Shown here one piece after another: positions 51,412-63,665 of a stretch of 64,000 bases of DNA. The notes under the pieces are model-generated. The model searched no databases, had not been told where the DNA came from, and was given only the letters and a program-made list of their open reading frames with translations. A program made the position numbers and the translations under genes. Every line of letters begins with the position of its first letter. Within the stretch, counting starts at the first letter, position 1. The stretch comes from Mustelus asterias (Eukaryota): assembly GCF_964213995.1 (NCBI RefSeq), contig NC_135807.1:50096001-50160000 (forward strand), given 5' to 3'.

Positions 51412-53717
51412 GACCCAACCTCTACAGCCCTCTGTGGTAATCTCCCACCTCAGTGAACAACACTGACCTATTCCAGATCTATGGATATTTCAATTGTCTC
51501 CATAGCTCTGAGTACGCCTTCATGTTGAGATGTTTGTATGGTCTCCAACTTGCCTCAGGCTCTGTGGGGTGCCACCCGTTTTTTTGGGCTTACAGCTTCA
51601 ACACCTGTCCACCTGGACGATTGTGCCTCCTGTCCTGCTGCTGACACGTATGTGCTCAGGACCCCCACTTAGTCCTGACACTGGGGTTCTGAAATCTGGA
51701 GGAAAACCCAGCTCTTGAAAGTTGGAATATTGCACATCATTCAAGATGAGAAATAGTGATCACAGAAATTCCTCAATGATTGATCTTTCAATTGCCAGAT
51801 TTCAAAAAGTAAATACAATGTATTACAGAAATGTCAACCCAACTGAGCATGTATAGCATTCATAGTTGTTGTCGACTACATAATGTTTGCTGTGCATTGA
51901 ATGAATAACCACAGAGCTCTATGATTGTGGGAGTTAAGGGGGCAGAAAGCTATGAGAAATACAATAGAAGCATTTATTACTTAGAAAGAATTTTAATAGG
52001 TTTTAGCAGTATTACATTCAGAATTGGCCAATGCCTTTATGTGGAGTAATTGGTGTATATCGTTTAAGTATGAAAATATTAACTATGATTACACAACTGG
52101 TGGTCATTTTTTTTCATGGGTAAAAAGCATGTGGGCTAGTTTTTGAAAGTACCTTCAGTAGTGCAAGATGACATATTGTACAGCAAGAAGTAAACATCTA
52201 AAGATTTGGTTAAATAAAAGGTTGAATAAAAGTTTGAAGTAAATAAGAACATGCATATGTAGGAAGTCAGTGAGCATTTATAGAGAGGGAATAAACAAGG
52301 TATTAAAGCATCATATATGTAGTACTGTCACACTCAAAAACATTAATAATAAGTCTTCTTTTTCCTTCATAAATGTTGCCCAACCTGCTCTGCATTTCTC
52401 GTACATTCTGTTTTCTAAAATTATGTTCTGATCCTATAATACATTAGCAAAATTATGTTTAGAATATTCTGTTCAATTTTGTTCACCACACAACATCAAG
52501 AAAAACTGTAGAGACAAATGTTTCTTCCCTTATTGTGCCATGAATAGAGACGAAGCGAGCACAGATTCTCCTCACAAAATACATTTATCTGAAAACTCAA
52601 CCCTGACTAGTCTAATCTACTGGAATGCAACTTATTACTGGAGGTAAATTAAGTCATCTAATAAAATATTTGCTGAAATTACTCAAATTTACTGCCCTAA
52701 CAAGTTGCAATCAGTCACTTGATCTGTGCAAATGCATGTGTTCTCTTACACTGATGGCCGTAAAAGGCAGAAATGATGGCTCTGAAGACATTGTAATGAT
52801 GCTCAATTGTCTGTTTTAGTAAACCTGTACTTCAGTGGCCTCTTTTGGCACCAAAGCAGCTATGGTCACTTTTGGGTCTGTCAACATGTCTGAGACAGCA
52901 TTGCAATAAAATATTTCAAAAGTGCTGACAGAGCAGCCACTTGTAGGATGTTTAAAAGCTGTCTAGGCAAAAGATACCAGATTATTCAGAAAATGTTGAG
53001 TGGAAATACAGGCCCATGGCTCCAATAAAATATTTGGTTAATATAGTGTAAGTGATAACCAGACATCGTAGAATTCTAAATAAGGCAGCTGGCATGTTTG
53101 GAATCTTTTAATTCACAGAGGTGTCATATTTGAAAGTATTGAATAATTAATAATACCACTGCAATTTCCACAACAGCAGTAATATCTAGTTAAACCACAA
53201 ATAAATCAAGTGAAGTTGCACATTGAGTAAATAAATAAGGTGTGGAGATAATCATTATGAGAAAGAACATTGGTCTTGCATAGAGAAGAGGTAATTTGAT
53301 GAATGTGTTCCTTTGGTGGCATAAATGGACGTTCTATATCTAATTGCATTGGATCACACAGGAATTATGATCATCTTGTAAGAGGCCTGAATGTACCCGA
53401 GGCTGGTCAAATGGTTGGCAAGATTAAATGACACCTTAGTCCCGATTTTGCATATCCCTGCTTCACTGGCAACAGATATCAGGAAAATCAGATGTCCTAT
53501 TTCAGAGGACAAATTTTCACAATGCACTATTTTCCTGAAGGGGGTTTGGTGGCAAAAATGGAAAGTGTTCAACCTGCAGACAACATCCCAATCTAGGTAG
53601 CTCCGGTTGTAAAATTTAAGATTAGCACAGCTTTAAGAATATAAAAATATAAGAGGAGCAGGAGTAGACCACAGAGCTCATTGAGTTCCATCTGCTATCC
53701 AGCCTGATCATGGCTGA

Positions 53718-54652
53718 TAGAACATAGAATATAGAACAGTACAGCACAGAACAGGCCCTTCGGCCCACGATGTTGTGCCGACCTTCATCTGAAACCAAGA
53801 TCAAGCTATCCCACTCCCTATCATCCTGGTGTGCTTCATGTGCCTATCCAATAACTGCTTAAATGTTCCTAAAGTGTCTGACTCCACTACCACTGCAGGC
53901 AGTCCATTCCACACACCAACCACTCTCTGAGTAAAGAACCCACCTCGGACATCCTTCCTATATCTCCCACCATGAACCCTATAGTTATGCCCCCTTGTAA
54001 TAGCTCCATCCACCCGAGGAAATAGTCTTTGAACGTTCACTCTATCTATCCCTTTCATCATTTTATAAACCTATATTAAGTCTCCCCTCAACCTCCTCCG
54101 CTCCAGAGAGAACAGCCCTAGCTCCCTCAACCTTACCTCATAAGACCTACCCTCCAAACCAGGCAGCATCCTGGTAAATCTCCTTTGCATTCTTTCCACA
54201 TCCTTCTTATAGTGAGGTGACCAGAACTGCACACAATATTCCAAATGTGGTCTCACCAAGGTCCTGTACAGTTGCAGCATAACCCCACGGCTCTTAAACT
54301 CCAACCCCCTGTTAATAAAAGCTAACACACTATAGGCCTTCTTCACAGCTCTATCTACTTGAGTGGCAACCTTCAGAGATTTGTGGATATGGACCCCAAG
54401 ATCTCTCTGTTCCTCCACAGTCTTCAGAACCCTACCTTTGACCCTGTAATCCACATTTAAATTTGTCCTACCAAAATGAATCACCTCACATTTGTCAGGG
54501 TTAAACTCCATTTGCCATTTTTCAGCCCAGCTTTGCATCTTAACTATGTCTCTTTGCAGTCTACAACAGCCCTCCACCTCGTCCACTATTCCACCAATCT
54601 TGGTGTCATCAGCAAATTTACTGATCCACCCTTCAGCCCCCTCCTCCAAGTC
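53718..54652 (-). mobile_element. CR1 LINE 3' fragment
   Basis: ORF 54071-54745 DLEEGAEGWISKFADDTK...; (TTCTATG/TTCTATA) tail. Confidence 0.93.
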
Positions 54653-54662
54653 TCTTGGGCTT

Positions 54663-55273
54663 TTCAAGTTTTTAGGTGTCCTGATCACCAACAACCTGTC
54701 CTGGTCTACCCCCATGCCCACACTATAGTTAAGAAAGCCCACCAAAGCCTCTACTTTCTCAGAAGACTAAGGAAATTTGGCATCTCACCAACTTTTACAG
54801 ATGCACCATAGAAAGCATTCTTTCTGGTTGTATCACAGCTTGGTATGGCACCTGCTCTGCCCAAGACTGCAAGGAATTACAAAAGGTCATGAATGTAGCC
54901 CAATCCATCACGCAAACCAGCCTCCCATTCATTGACTCTGTCTAGACTTCCCGCTGCCTCGACAAAGCAGCCAACATAATTAAGGACCACACGCACCCCA
55001 GACATTCTCTCTTCCACCTTCTTCCGTCAGGAAAAAGATACAAAAGTCTGAGGTCACTCAAGAACAGCTTCTTCCCTGCTGCTGTCAGACTTTTGAATGG
55101 ACTTACCTTGCATTAAGTTGATCTTTCTCTACACCCTAGCTATGACTGTAACACTACATTCTGCACTCTCTCATTTCCTTCTCTATGAACGGTATGCTTT
55201 GTCTGAATGACGCACAAGAAACAATACTTTTCACTGTATGTTAATACATGTGACAATAATAAATCAAATCAAA
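54663..55273 (+). mobile_element. Rex1/Babar-like LINE 3' fragment
   Basis: FKFLGV.ITNNLSWS, KKAHQSLYFLRRLRKFG; AATAAATCAAATCAAA tail. Confidence 0.9.
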
Positions 55274-55904
55274 TTTTTGTGTCCACTCCCCATATACCTC
55301 AACACCCTGAAAGACCAAAACTCTATCAATCTCAGCCTTAAATGTGTTCAATGATGGAGTGTCCACAACGCCCTTGGATTCAGAATTCCAAAGATTTACA
55401 ACCCTTTGAATGAAGTAATTTCTCCGCATCTCTGTCCTAAATGATGGCCCTTTATCCCAAGATTGTGTCCAGGTGTTTTAGATTCCCTGACCAATGGAAA
55501 TCTCTCCACATCCATCCTATCAAATCCCTTCCGAATTTTGCAGGTTTCAATGAGATCACCTCTCATTCTTCTAAACTCCAGAGAATATAAACTCAATCCA
55601 CTTAACCCTTATCCCAGGGGCTAGTACCTTTTCTGTGTTGCTTCAAATGCAAGTATATTGTTTTTTAATGCCAAAACTGCACACAGTACTCAAGATGTGG
55701 TCTTACCAAAACCCATAGCTAGAGTTCTTTATTCTTGTACTCCAAACCCCTTACAAAAAAGGCCAACATGTCATTTGCTTTCCCAATTGCTTGCTGCTCC
55801 TGCATGCTAACTTTCTGCATTTCTTGTGCAGTAGTAGGCTCTGGCACATACAGGGTTAATGCAGGACTGAGTGTGGTACCACCTACACAGTGATGTAAGA
55901 ACGA

Positions 55905-56118
55905 CAGAATTCCTACAGTGCAGGAGGAGGTCTATCAGTCCATTGAGTCTGCACCGACTCACCGAAAGAGCATCTTACCCAGGCACACCCTCCCGTCTCC
56001 GTAACCCCGTGCATTTATCATGGCCAATCCACCTAAGCTGCGCACCTTTACTGTGGGAGGAAACCGGAGGAAACCCAGACAGACATGGGGAGAATGTGCA
56101 AACTCCACACAGACAGTA
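55905..56118 (-). mobile_element. HE1-type V-SINE, partial
   Basis: CCTACAGTGCAGGAGGAGG...GCAAACTCCACACAGACAGT. Confidence 0.8.
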
Positions 56119-56278
56119 ACTTAAAAGCAGAAATTCACTCAGAAAATGTTTGCATCAAAGATGAATTGGATGAACTCAACCACAAACATAGTGAGGCACA
56201 ACAGCAAACACTCAAAGTACTCCCATTGCCTTGAAAGTCTCTTTAATGAACTAATATGTGCCCCTGGAAAAACATGAG

Positions 56279-57003
56279 GGGCCCTACTTTACCATTTTGA
56301 TTCTAAGCGCTGGGCGGACTTGAAACTGAGAGTGTTTCACATCCGACTTTTAGACCCGTTCTCAGGCTACTGAAAAAATATCCATGATTCCAAATCGTGC
56401 TGCAGAAGCCTGTGGACGGGGCTTAACGTGCCCGAAATTCTGCAGCTCCAATCGGCGCCTCCAACTGTGCATGAGCAGAAAAATAAAGATAGAATGCTGC
56501 CACATCCATCCTGGGCCGGATAATGCCTCCCCCTGGCCCCCACAGACATTGCCCCACCCCCACAACATTACTGAGCCCCTTCCCCCCACCCCTCCACCAC
56601 CTGGACTGATTGCGGCCCCCTCCCCGTTCCCCCCACCGATCTCAGGCAGAGTGGCAGCAAGCCCTTGTTCCCCCCCAACTGATCTCAGGCTGAGTGGCAG
56701 CGGTCCCCCCCTTCTCCCCCAACACCGATCTCAAGCAGAGAACCATCGGATGCTCGGCACTTACCTCCTCACTGACTGGATTCTGGATGGACAAATGCAA
56801 TGGCAAGGGGGGAAGTGCCAGTAAGGTTGGGTGTGCAGCCCATTAAGTCAATTTAAATGCAATTTAAATTTAAGTCCCAATCACGGCCATTTTTGGGTCT
56901 TGGTAAAGGGGGAACCGGTGCGGATCGCGCTACTCGCCTCATGCCCGACTTTACCAAGTTTTCGTGTCCAAAAATGGGCGCAACATGATGGTAAATCGGG
57001 CCC
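56279..57003. mobile_element. 725-bp non-autonomous PIF/Harbinger-like element
   Basis: Ends GGGCCCTACTTTACCAT / ATGGTAAATCGGGCCC; TSD GAG at 56276-78 and 57004-06. Confidence 0.8.
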
Positions 57004-57159
57004 GAGGAGTTGGAAAAGACAATGAATGCTACTTCAGAAAATGTTAGGAGCTATCAGCAAAGCTATACAATAGCAGAGTGAGAAGACTAGAGCTGAATAA
57101 GAAAATAAGTGCAGCTAACTGCCTTTCAGGATCAGATCCAAAAATAGTCCATTACACAT

Positions 57160-57501
57160 CAAAGAACAAAGATCAAGGACACAAAGATCATTACACAACA
57201 AAGATCATTACACAACAAAGATCATTACACAACCAAGAACAAAGCACAGGAATAGGCTCTTCGGCCCTCCAAGCCTGCGCCGATCATGATGCCTGCCTAA
57301 AGTAAAACCGTATACACTTACGGAGTCCGTATCCTTCCATTCCCATCCTATTCATGTATTCGTCGAGATGCTACTTAAATGCCGCTTTTGTACCTTTTCC
57401 CACCACCTCCCTGGGCAGCGCGTTCCAGACATTCACCACCCTCTGTGTAAAAAAACCTGCCTCGCACATCTCCTCTAAACTTTTCCCCATGCACCTTAAA
57501 C
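57160..57501 (-). mobile_element. CR1 3' end with a 17-bp tandem repeat in the tail
   Basis: GCACAGGAATAGGCTCTTCGGCCCTCCAAGCC; (ACAAAGATCATTACACA)3 at 57181-57231. Confidence 0.8.
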
Positions 57502-57504
57502 CTC

Positions 57505-59088
57505 AGCAATATGACAGAATAAAGAATACTTTGAGCAGCAGAATGGCAAAACAGCAGAATAAACTCAATGAGACTCAGTTAAATTACAAGAAAACTCAAA
57601 ATGAAATACTTGAGCTTCATAACAAAAAAGGAAAACCTATTGAAGGACCTTCACATGCTGCAAGCATCCTCCAGGTCTGAGTTTCTCTCTTGAGAACATT
57701 TCAAAGCAAGACAAAATTAATTTAATGCAGCTCCGAAAGAACTGACAATACAGTTTTCCGAGAAGACTCAGGAATGCTCACTCTTCTGTGAGGAAGCTAA
57801 GAAGTGCATGAATGAGACTGTAGCACTGAAGGAACTGTTGCACATTTGGAAGAAACCTTAGAGAAACATTACATTTGCAAAGTGGTAGACAAAGGGATGA
57901 AAATACAGTAAATGGAACAGTAAGCAAAGGTAAAGGTTTGCATTAAAGAGTGTGATGTTTTTCAAAACCATTTGGCAGCAGTGCAATTACCGAGCGTGAG
58001 CTTGAAAGGTAACTTGGAGGAATTATACACTGCAGAGGAAAAACTGATCAGTGGAGAGAATACAATGTAGAGCAGCAAACAGATCTTTGAGATGATGCAA
58101 GTAAGCATTTTTTCTTTCTTCTGAGCAGGGATGCCTGCGGAGCCCTAGGTCTCTTCTAGGCAACAGAAGATGTCAAGACTACCACAGTCCTTAGCCAGCT
58201 AAAAGGATACAGTCAAGTACTCAAACACTAAAGAGTATTCAGACTCTGCTTTCACCTGTGATCTCTTTTCTTCTTCTGCAGAGCAGGATGGCCATTCTCA
58301 TTCTGGGTCCTGGAAGATGCCCAATGGTCAGTCCAACCTATCCCACATGAAATTACCAAAGCTTCTCCAGTGGAAGCAGTGGAGAAAAGGATCAACGGTC
58401 TGAGGACTATCTACCTCCAACTATGATAACAGTACATTTGGTAGACACAGTAACCACTGTACACACATGGCAACTTCCAGCCACCGTGCCAACTCCACAA
58501 GGGATGCTGGAACCTCGTGGCAGATTCGCACTATCAACAATAAAAAAACAGAGGTGAGCATGCTGCACGACCTTCTTCTTGCCACAGGAACACCCTTGCT
58601 CAACCTCAGAGAGTCTCCTGATGGCCAAGTGGAAAAAGAAGAAAAGGCACCAGCCAGCAGATGAATACCATTTTCATCCACCACAAGAAATGGTGAAGAG
58701 TAACAATCACCATTCACCACCAAACTAGCCAGACCAACCAGGCGTGGTTTAACATGAAACAATGGGAGAAAGGGATGAAACCATACCCAAACACCAGTCC
58801 AAACTCCAAGCCAATAACAAGAACCAGAACCAACAGAGCCTGCCACTCTCCCAACAGAAAAATGAACTAGATGTGAAAGGGTTATAAAGTCTCCAGACTG
58901 CCTGAAACTCTAACTTCAAGGACTTGAAGGGGAGAGAAGATGTGGTAGTGAGAATGCTGTAATAGCAAGAATGCTGGAATATCATTAAGGGTGTAACAGT
59001 AAGGTTAATGCACACGACTTATAACAACGTAAGGCTTGAAGTAAACTAAAGTAACTCTATATCCATGGGATAAAGACTCCGCAGAAGG
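57505..59088 (+). mobile_element. Possible highly degenerate Ty3/Gypsy remnant (gag-like, PPT, LTR start)
   Basis: KGK..C..NHLAAV zinc-knuckle-like trace near 57925-57985; purine tract GAAGGGGAGAGAAGA (58926-58940) directly followed by TGTGGTAG. Confidence 0.35.
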
Positions 59089-59319
59089 TGTAGTAATAAT
59101 GTCTGGTACATACAGGGTTAATGTGGGACTGACTACAGTACTGTCCCACTGTTGTAAGAAGGCCCATGACCCAGAGCCAGGTTCAGTCTAGAGATGAACA
59201 GAGATGTATAAAGATGAGTCAGCTCCATTCATGTACCCGCTACTGTACACATGAGTATAGTTATGGGTTGATAATAAAGACTGGCTCTTAATATACTCAA
59301 GACTAAAAAGCCCACATCA
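59089..59319 (+). mobile_element. LTR (231 bp) followed by a PBS-like TGGTGCC
   Basis: TGTAGTA...CACATCA, AATAAA near the 3' end; the first 70 bp resemble 55827-55900. Confidence 0.6.
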
Positions 59320-59354
59320 TGGTGCCTGGAGCAGAATCCTTCACCTTGTACAAG

Positions 59355-60152
59355 CACAAGTACAAAATGAGAGAAAATGTGAAGTTGTTCGTTTTGGAAG
59401 GGAGAACAAAAGAACGGTATTATTTAAATGGAGAAAAACTGCAGAAAGCTGCAACACAAAGGGACTTGGAGTTACTTGTGTACAAAACACAGAAAGCTAG
59501 CACATAGGTGCAGCAGGTAATCAGGAAGGCTAATGGAATGTTGGTCCATATTTCAAGGGAGTTGGAGTATAAGAGTAGGGAAGTCTTGCTGCAACTGTAC
59601 AAGGTACTGGTGAGACCACATCTGCTGTACTGTGAGCAGTTTTGGTCCCCTTATTTAAGGAAAGATATTTCATTGGAGGCAGTTCAGAGGAGGTTCACTG
59701 GGATGAACCCTAGTGTGGAGGGATTGTCTTGTGAGGAAAGGTTAAACAGGTTGGGACTCTACTCATTGGAATTTAGAAGAATGAGAGGTGATTTCATTGA
59801 AGCATATAGGATTCTTAAGGGGCTTGACAGGGTAAATGCTGAGAGGATGTTTCCCCTTATTAGAGAGTTTGGGACCAGAGGCATAGTCTCAGAATAAAGG
59901 GGAACCAATTTAAGACTGAGATGAGGAGGAATGTTTTCTCTCAGGGTTGAGAGCCTTTGGAACTCCTTGCCACAGAGAGCTGTGGGGAAAAGTCCATGTG
60001 TATATTTAAGATCAGTAAGGGAATCAAGGGTAATGAGGAAAGGGCAGGAAAGTGGACTTGAGGATGTCAGATCAGCAATGATTCGATTGAATGATTGGGC
60101 AAGCTCAAGAGGCCTATCGGCCTACTCCTGTTCTTATTTCTTATGGTCTTAT
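59355..60152 (+). mobile_element. CR1 LINE 3' fragment, older
   Basis: ORF 59508-59897; (GTCTTATG)-type tail. Confidence 0.88.
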
Positions 60153-60229
60153 GGTCAGCCAAATCTCTTAGAACATCAACACTTACACGTTTCTCCTCTT
60201 TTAAAAAGTATTTGGACATAGGCTATTAG

Positions 60230-60708
60230 CAGAGTAGGGACACAGCATAATACAGTAAAGAAATTAAGTCAGAGGAAATACAGCTGTAAGAAATTTCAAG
60301 GGAGTAAGGCACGGCGGGATGGCCTGTACATTAATGCCAGGAATATCGCAGGTAAAATGGATGAGTTAAGGGATTGACATGTGGAATTGTGATATAGTAA
60401 CCATCACAGAGATGTGGTTGAGGGAGAGACAGGATTGGCAGCTCAATATTACGAGATATAGAATCTTCAGGTGAGACAGGGGAGGAAGCAAAATAGGAGG
60501 AGGCATTGCATTATTAGCTAAGGAGTCAGTTACAGTAGCAAGGAGAGATGATATCCTGATTGGGGCATTGAATAAAGCTTTCTGGGTAGAGGTTAGGAAT
60601 AAAAAAGGGGCAGCCACATTGCTAGGTGTTTATTAGAGACCCCCAAATAGTTGGCGGGAAATTGCGGAGCAAATATGTACACAATTTGTGGAGGTTTGTA
60701 AAAACAAT
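60230..60708 (+). mobile_element. CR1 ORF2 N-terminal (APE endonuclease) fragment
   Basis: LYINARNIAGKMDEL, DIVTITEMWL, GGGIALL, GVY.RPPNS motifs. Confidence 0.8.
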
Positions 60709-61714
60709 GGGGGCGATTCTCCCAAGAAAATTCTAAGTGTCAAATTTGTGTGAAAACTGGAGTAAATTCCGCTGTTTTTTTCAGTGGGAGTTCAGAGAAA
60801 AATCTCCCCCATTCTGTGCACTGCGCGAATAATCAATGGGCAGCGCCTATTCCCGCTGGAGGGACCGGCAACATAGCGCTGAGTAGGCCACTGCGCATGT
60901 GCCGATCTGACAGTGCCCCTCTTTGCCGGCCTCCTGATTGCTGGTCCGCTTGATCGCTGGCTAACTCCACGCCCCTGCAACGTTGACCCTCTCACTCCCC
61001 CACGGCTTGATCACTGGTCTCCCGGACATGTCCGGGCCAGCCTCGAATCCCCCACTCCCCACAACCCTGATCTTCAGCACTGCCCCCCCCACCACCCCTC
61101 CGTAGTGCTGACCTCCACCCTTGCAGTCCCGGCTAACCCCAGCAGGCTGACCCCTCCCCACATCTCCCCATTCTGATGGCCAGGCCCCATCGCTGGCCTT
61201 CCTCCCTTCCCCACGGATCTTGACTGCAGAGTGGCAACGGGATCTCTTACCCCCACCAATCTTCCATCTGGCCCTGCCCCTATCAGGCCCTGCCCCTGCC
61301 TGATGGGCAGTGCCAAGGTTCCCCCGGGCATTAGCACTTTGCTTCTTAGGCAGTGCCAGGTGGCCCAGGCAGGCACTGCCATTGTGCCAATGCCCAGGGA
61401 GACACCCCCCAGTTCCCGACTCTCTGGGGACCTCAACTGCCTCTGCCCTTCACTCCAACGGGGTCGGGCCTCCAGGTCCCCGTAAGTGGGGAGCTACTGT
61501 AAACCCCGTTGGAGTGAAATACTCCTAGCGGGGGCGGGGGCGGGAGGAGAGGCTAGCAGGCCTGAAGATTTCAGTCCGGGGCCCACTAATACAATTTAAA
61601 TAATATTAAGATTAGCGTCTGCATAATTTATGCAGCTCCGTGCCGATTTCTAACCAACCTAGCTAGTTGGTTAGCATCAGTAAAATACAAACCCCGGTCG
61701 GAGAAAAGTCCTCA
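60709..61714. mobile_element. About 1-kb GC-rich non-autonomous Harbinger-like element
   Basis: Starts GGGGGCGATTCTCC, ends GGAGAAAAGTCCTC (imperfect TIR); possible AAT TSD. Confidence 0.55.
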
Positions 61715-63360
61715 AATATATCAGTGGCTGTTAATCAGGAAGCAGATGCGAGTTGTTTGTTGTGCACCAGTCCATAGTGTCTGCATTTGTTGAAGCAGAA
61801 GGAACACTGCTGAAAAATAAATAATCCTTGGCCTTACAGATCTAGCATTCATCCGCTCAAACTCCACCCCTCCTCCCCCCCCCCGCCTTCCTCAAAGGTA
61901 GTCTGCAGTTTTTTTCCACAATTGATATGCCATCAGCTCGATGTTGTGACCCATGCTCAGCAGTCAGGTCCCTGCTGAGTCTGCAAACTAAAACAGAAGG
62001 TTTTGAGGAAGTAACAATCATCCAGAATCACCTGAGGTAGGTTGAGAGAATCCTAATTTCCACAGTCAGAGACAGGTGGAACCCTGGGGGAAAGCAGCAT
62101 AAGTGACCTTTTTCAACCATTAACTCACTTTAGCAGGAGTTCTGCAAGTTCCTCATTGGATTTATGACACAGATCAATAGAAATTTCAGACCCATTCTTT
62201 GGCTATCAATTCCATTCCCCTGTGACCCCACACTCCCTCCAATGAGAATGAGTCCTCAATGAAATAAACCCATCATAGTCCCAATTCTCCATCTGTGATC
62301 CTTTTGAGGGTGGCTCCTCACTTGAAGCATCGGACTGCGGAATTATAAATCTTAAACACATTTGTCCATTAGTTTTAACAATGTGATTTTAAAATATACA
62401 CATTGAACTACAAGAATATTAATATTTACCCTCACAATTTTTTATTGTTATCTCAATGGTTTATTTTTGTTGGACGTTGTCCAAGTGCTTCCTGATATCA
62501 ACTTGATTCCCATTTCACATGTAAACTGGAAATCTGCCATACACTGTTATTTCACCCCCCTACTTGCCATTTCTGGAATGTTCTGTCAGAGTAGGTGTTC
62601 TTTTGTCATATATTTTGCTCGTGGCTTGGCTCATGTTAAAAGTGGGTATCCCCTTTCTGTTATTCAGTGTCCAGAATTTCTTTTTTCTTATTATTGAGCT
62701 TTGAGATGCACAGGAGTGTTACATAAATTCCAGATGTTTTCCTATTTGTAAATGCTTCCTTCACATTTGGTCACAAAATTGACAGATATATAATATTATT
62801 GAGTGGATTGCGTTTATTGGAATGTGCAAAAAGTCATTAACATGGGTTCATGATGCATAATAGCACTCATAGCACTTGTTTATATTGAAAATTCTGTCAC
62901 TTTTAAGATGAATTATATTTAAATGTAGTGACTTCAGTCTGTGGTTGTTGGTAATATACCGTCCAAGTGTGTCTTACAGCACTATTGTAACGGGCATTTT
63001 GGAAGAGCAGAATATGCCTTGTGCTAGTTGGAGCTATTCTCTTATAATTGGAAAAATAAGTGTTTTCACTTCAAATTGCAAATAATATCTTATTATGTTA
63101 AATCTATATCAAAATCTGCAGCAGCAAGGTTTCTGTAGTAGCATTTAAAATACTCATCATTAAAACTGTTTTTTTCTACTGAACACAATGTGAGCAGCAA
63201 AATTATCGACAGCAAAACATTCTGCCTTCTCATTTGTAATCCTGCCTGTTAATGGTTCCAGAAGATGTTAACACAAATGTCTTTGACTTCAGATCAACAC
63301 AGTAAGGAACAACACATATCTTTTGTGAGGTGGAGGCAAATTTAGTAAAAGTTCATCTCT

Positions 63361-63665
63361 TCAAGTTTCAGCTTATTTATTAGTGTCACAAGTAGGCTTA
63401 CATTAACACTGCAATGAAGTTACTGTGAAAATCCCCTCGTCGCCACACTCCGGCACCTGTTCGGGTACACGGAGGGAGAATTCAGCATGGCCAATGCACC
63501 TAACCAGTACGTCTTTCGGACTGTGGGAGGAAACCAGAGCACTCAGAGGAAACCCATGCAGAGAACATGCAGACTCCGCACAGACAGTGACCCAAGCCGG
63601 GAATCGAATCCGGGTCCCTGGTGCTGTGAGGCAGCAGTGCTAACCACTGTGCCACGGTGCCGCCC
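63361..63665 (-). mobile_element. V-SINE with alternative (Rex1-like) tail, full length
   Basis: GGGCGGCACCGTGGCACAGTGGTTAGCAC head to CTTGTGACACTAATAAATAA tail. Confidence 0.92.

Larger units (their letters stand above)
53636..55826 (-). mobile_element. Old CR1 3' fragment (53636-53717 plus 55274-55826) split by two younger LINEs
   Basis: ATCATGGCTGAT | TTTTTGTGTCCAC rejoins to the CR1 3' UTR seen at 34855-34878. Confidence 0.75.

Noticed and set aside
56384-56824. Pro-rich ORFs (also 25723-26190, 5232-5642, 60913-61485)
   Set aside because: They arise from C-rich or G-rich tracts, mostly within MITE-like elements, and lack splice or homology support.
57181-57231. CRISPR-like array
   Set aside because: Contiguous 17-bp tandem units with no spacers or cas genes, in a eukaryotic context.
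61650-61674. 9-bp hairpin CTAACCAAC..GTTGGTTAG (similar one at 8026-8053) as a terminator
   Set aside because: Too short to be significant, and Rho-independent terminators do not apply to this genome.
8933-63665. tRNA genes at the SINE heads
   Set aside because: Each continues into a SINE body and tail, with no CCA end or oligo-T terminator after the tRNA-like part.
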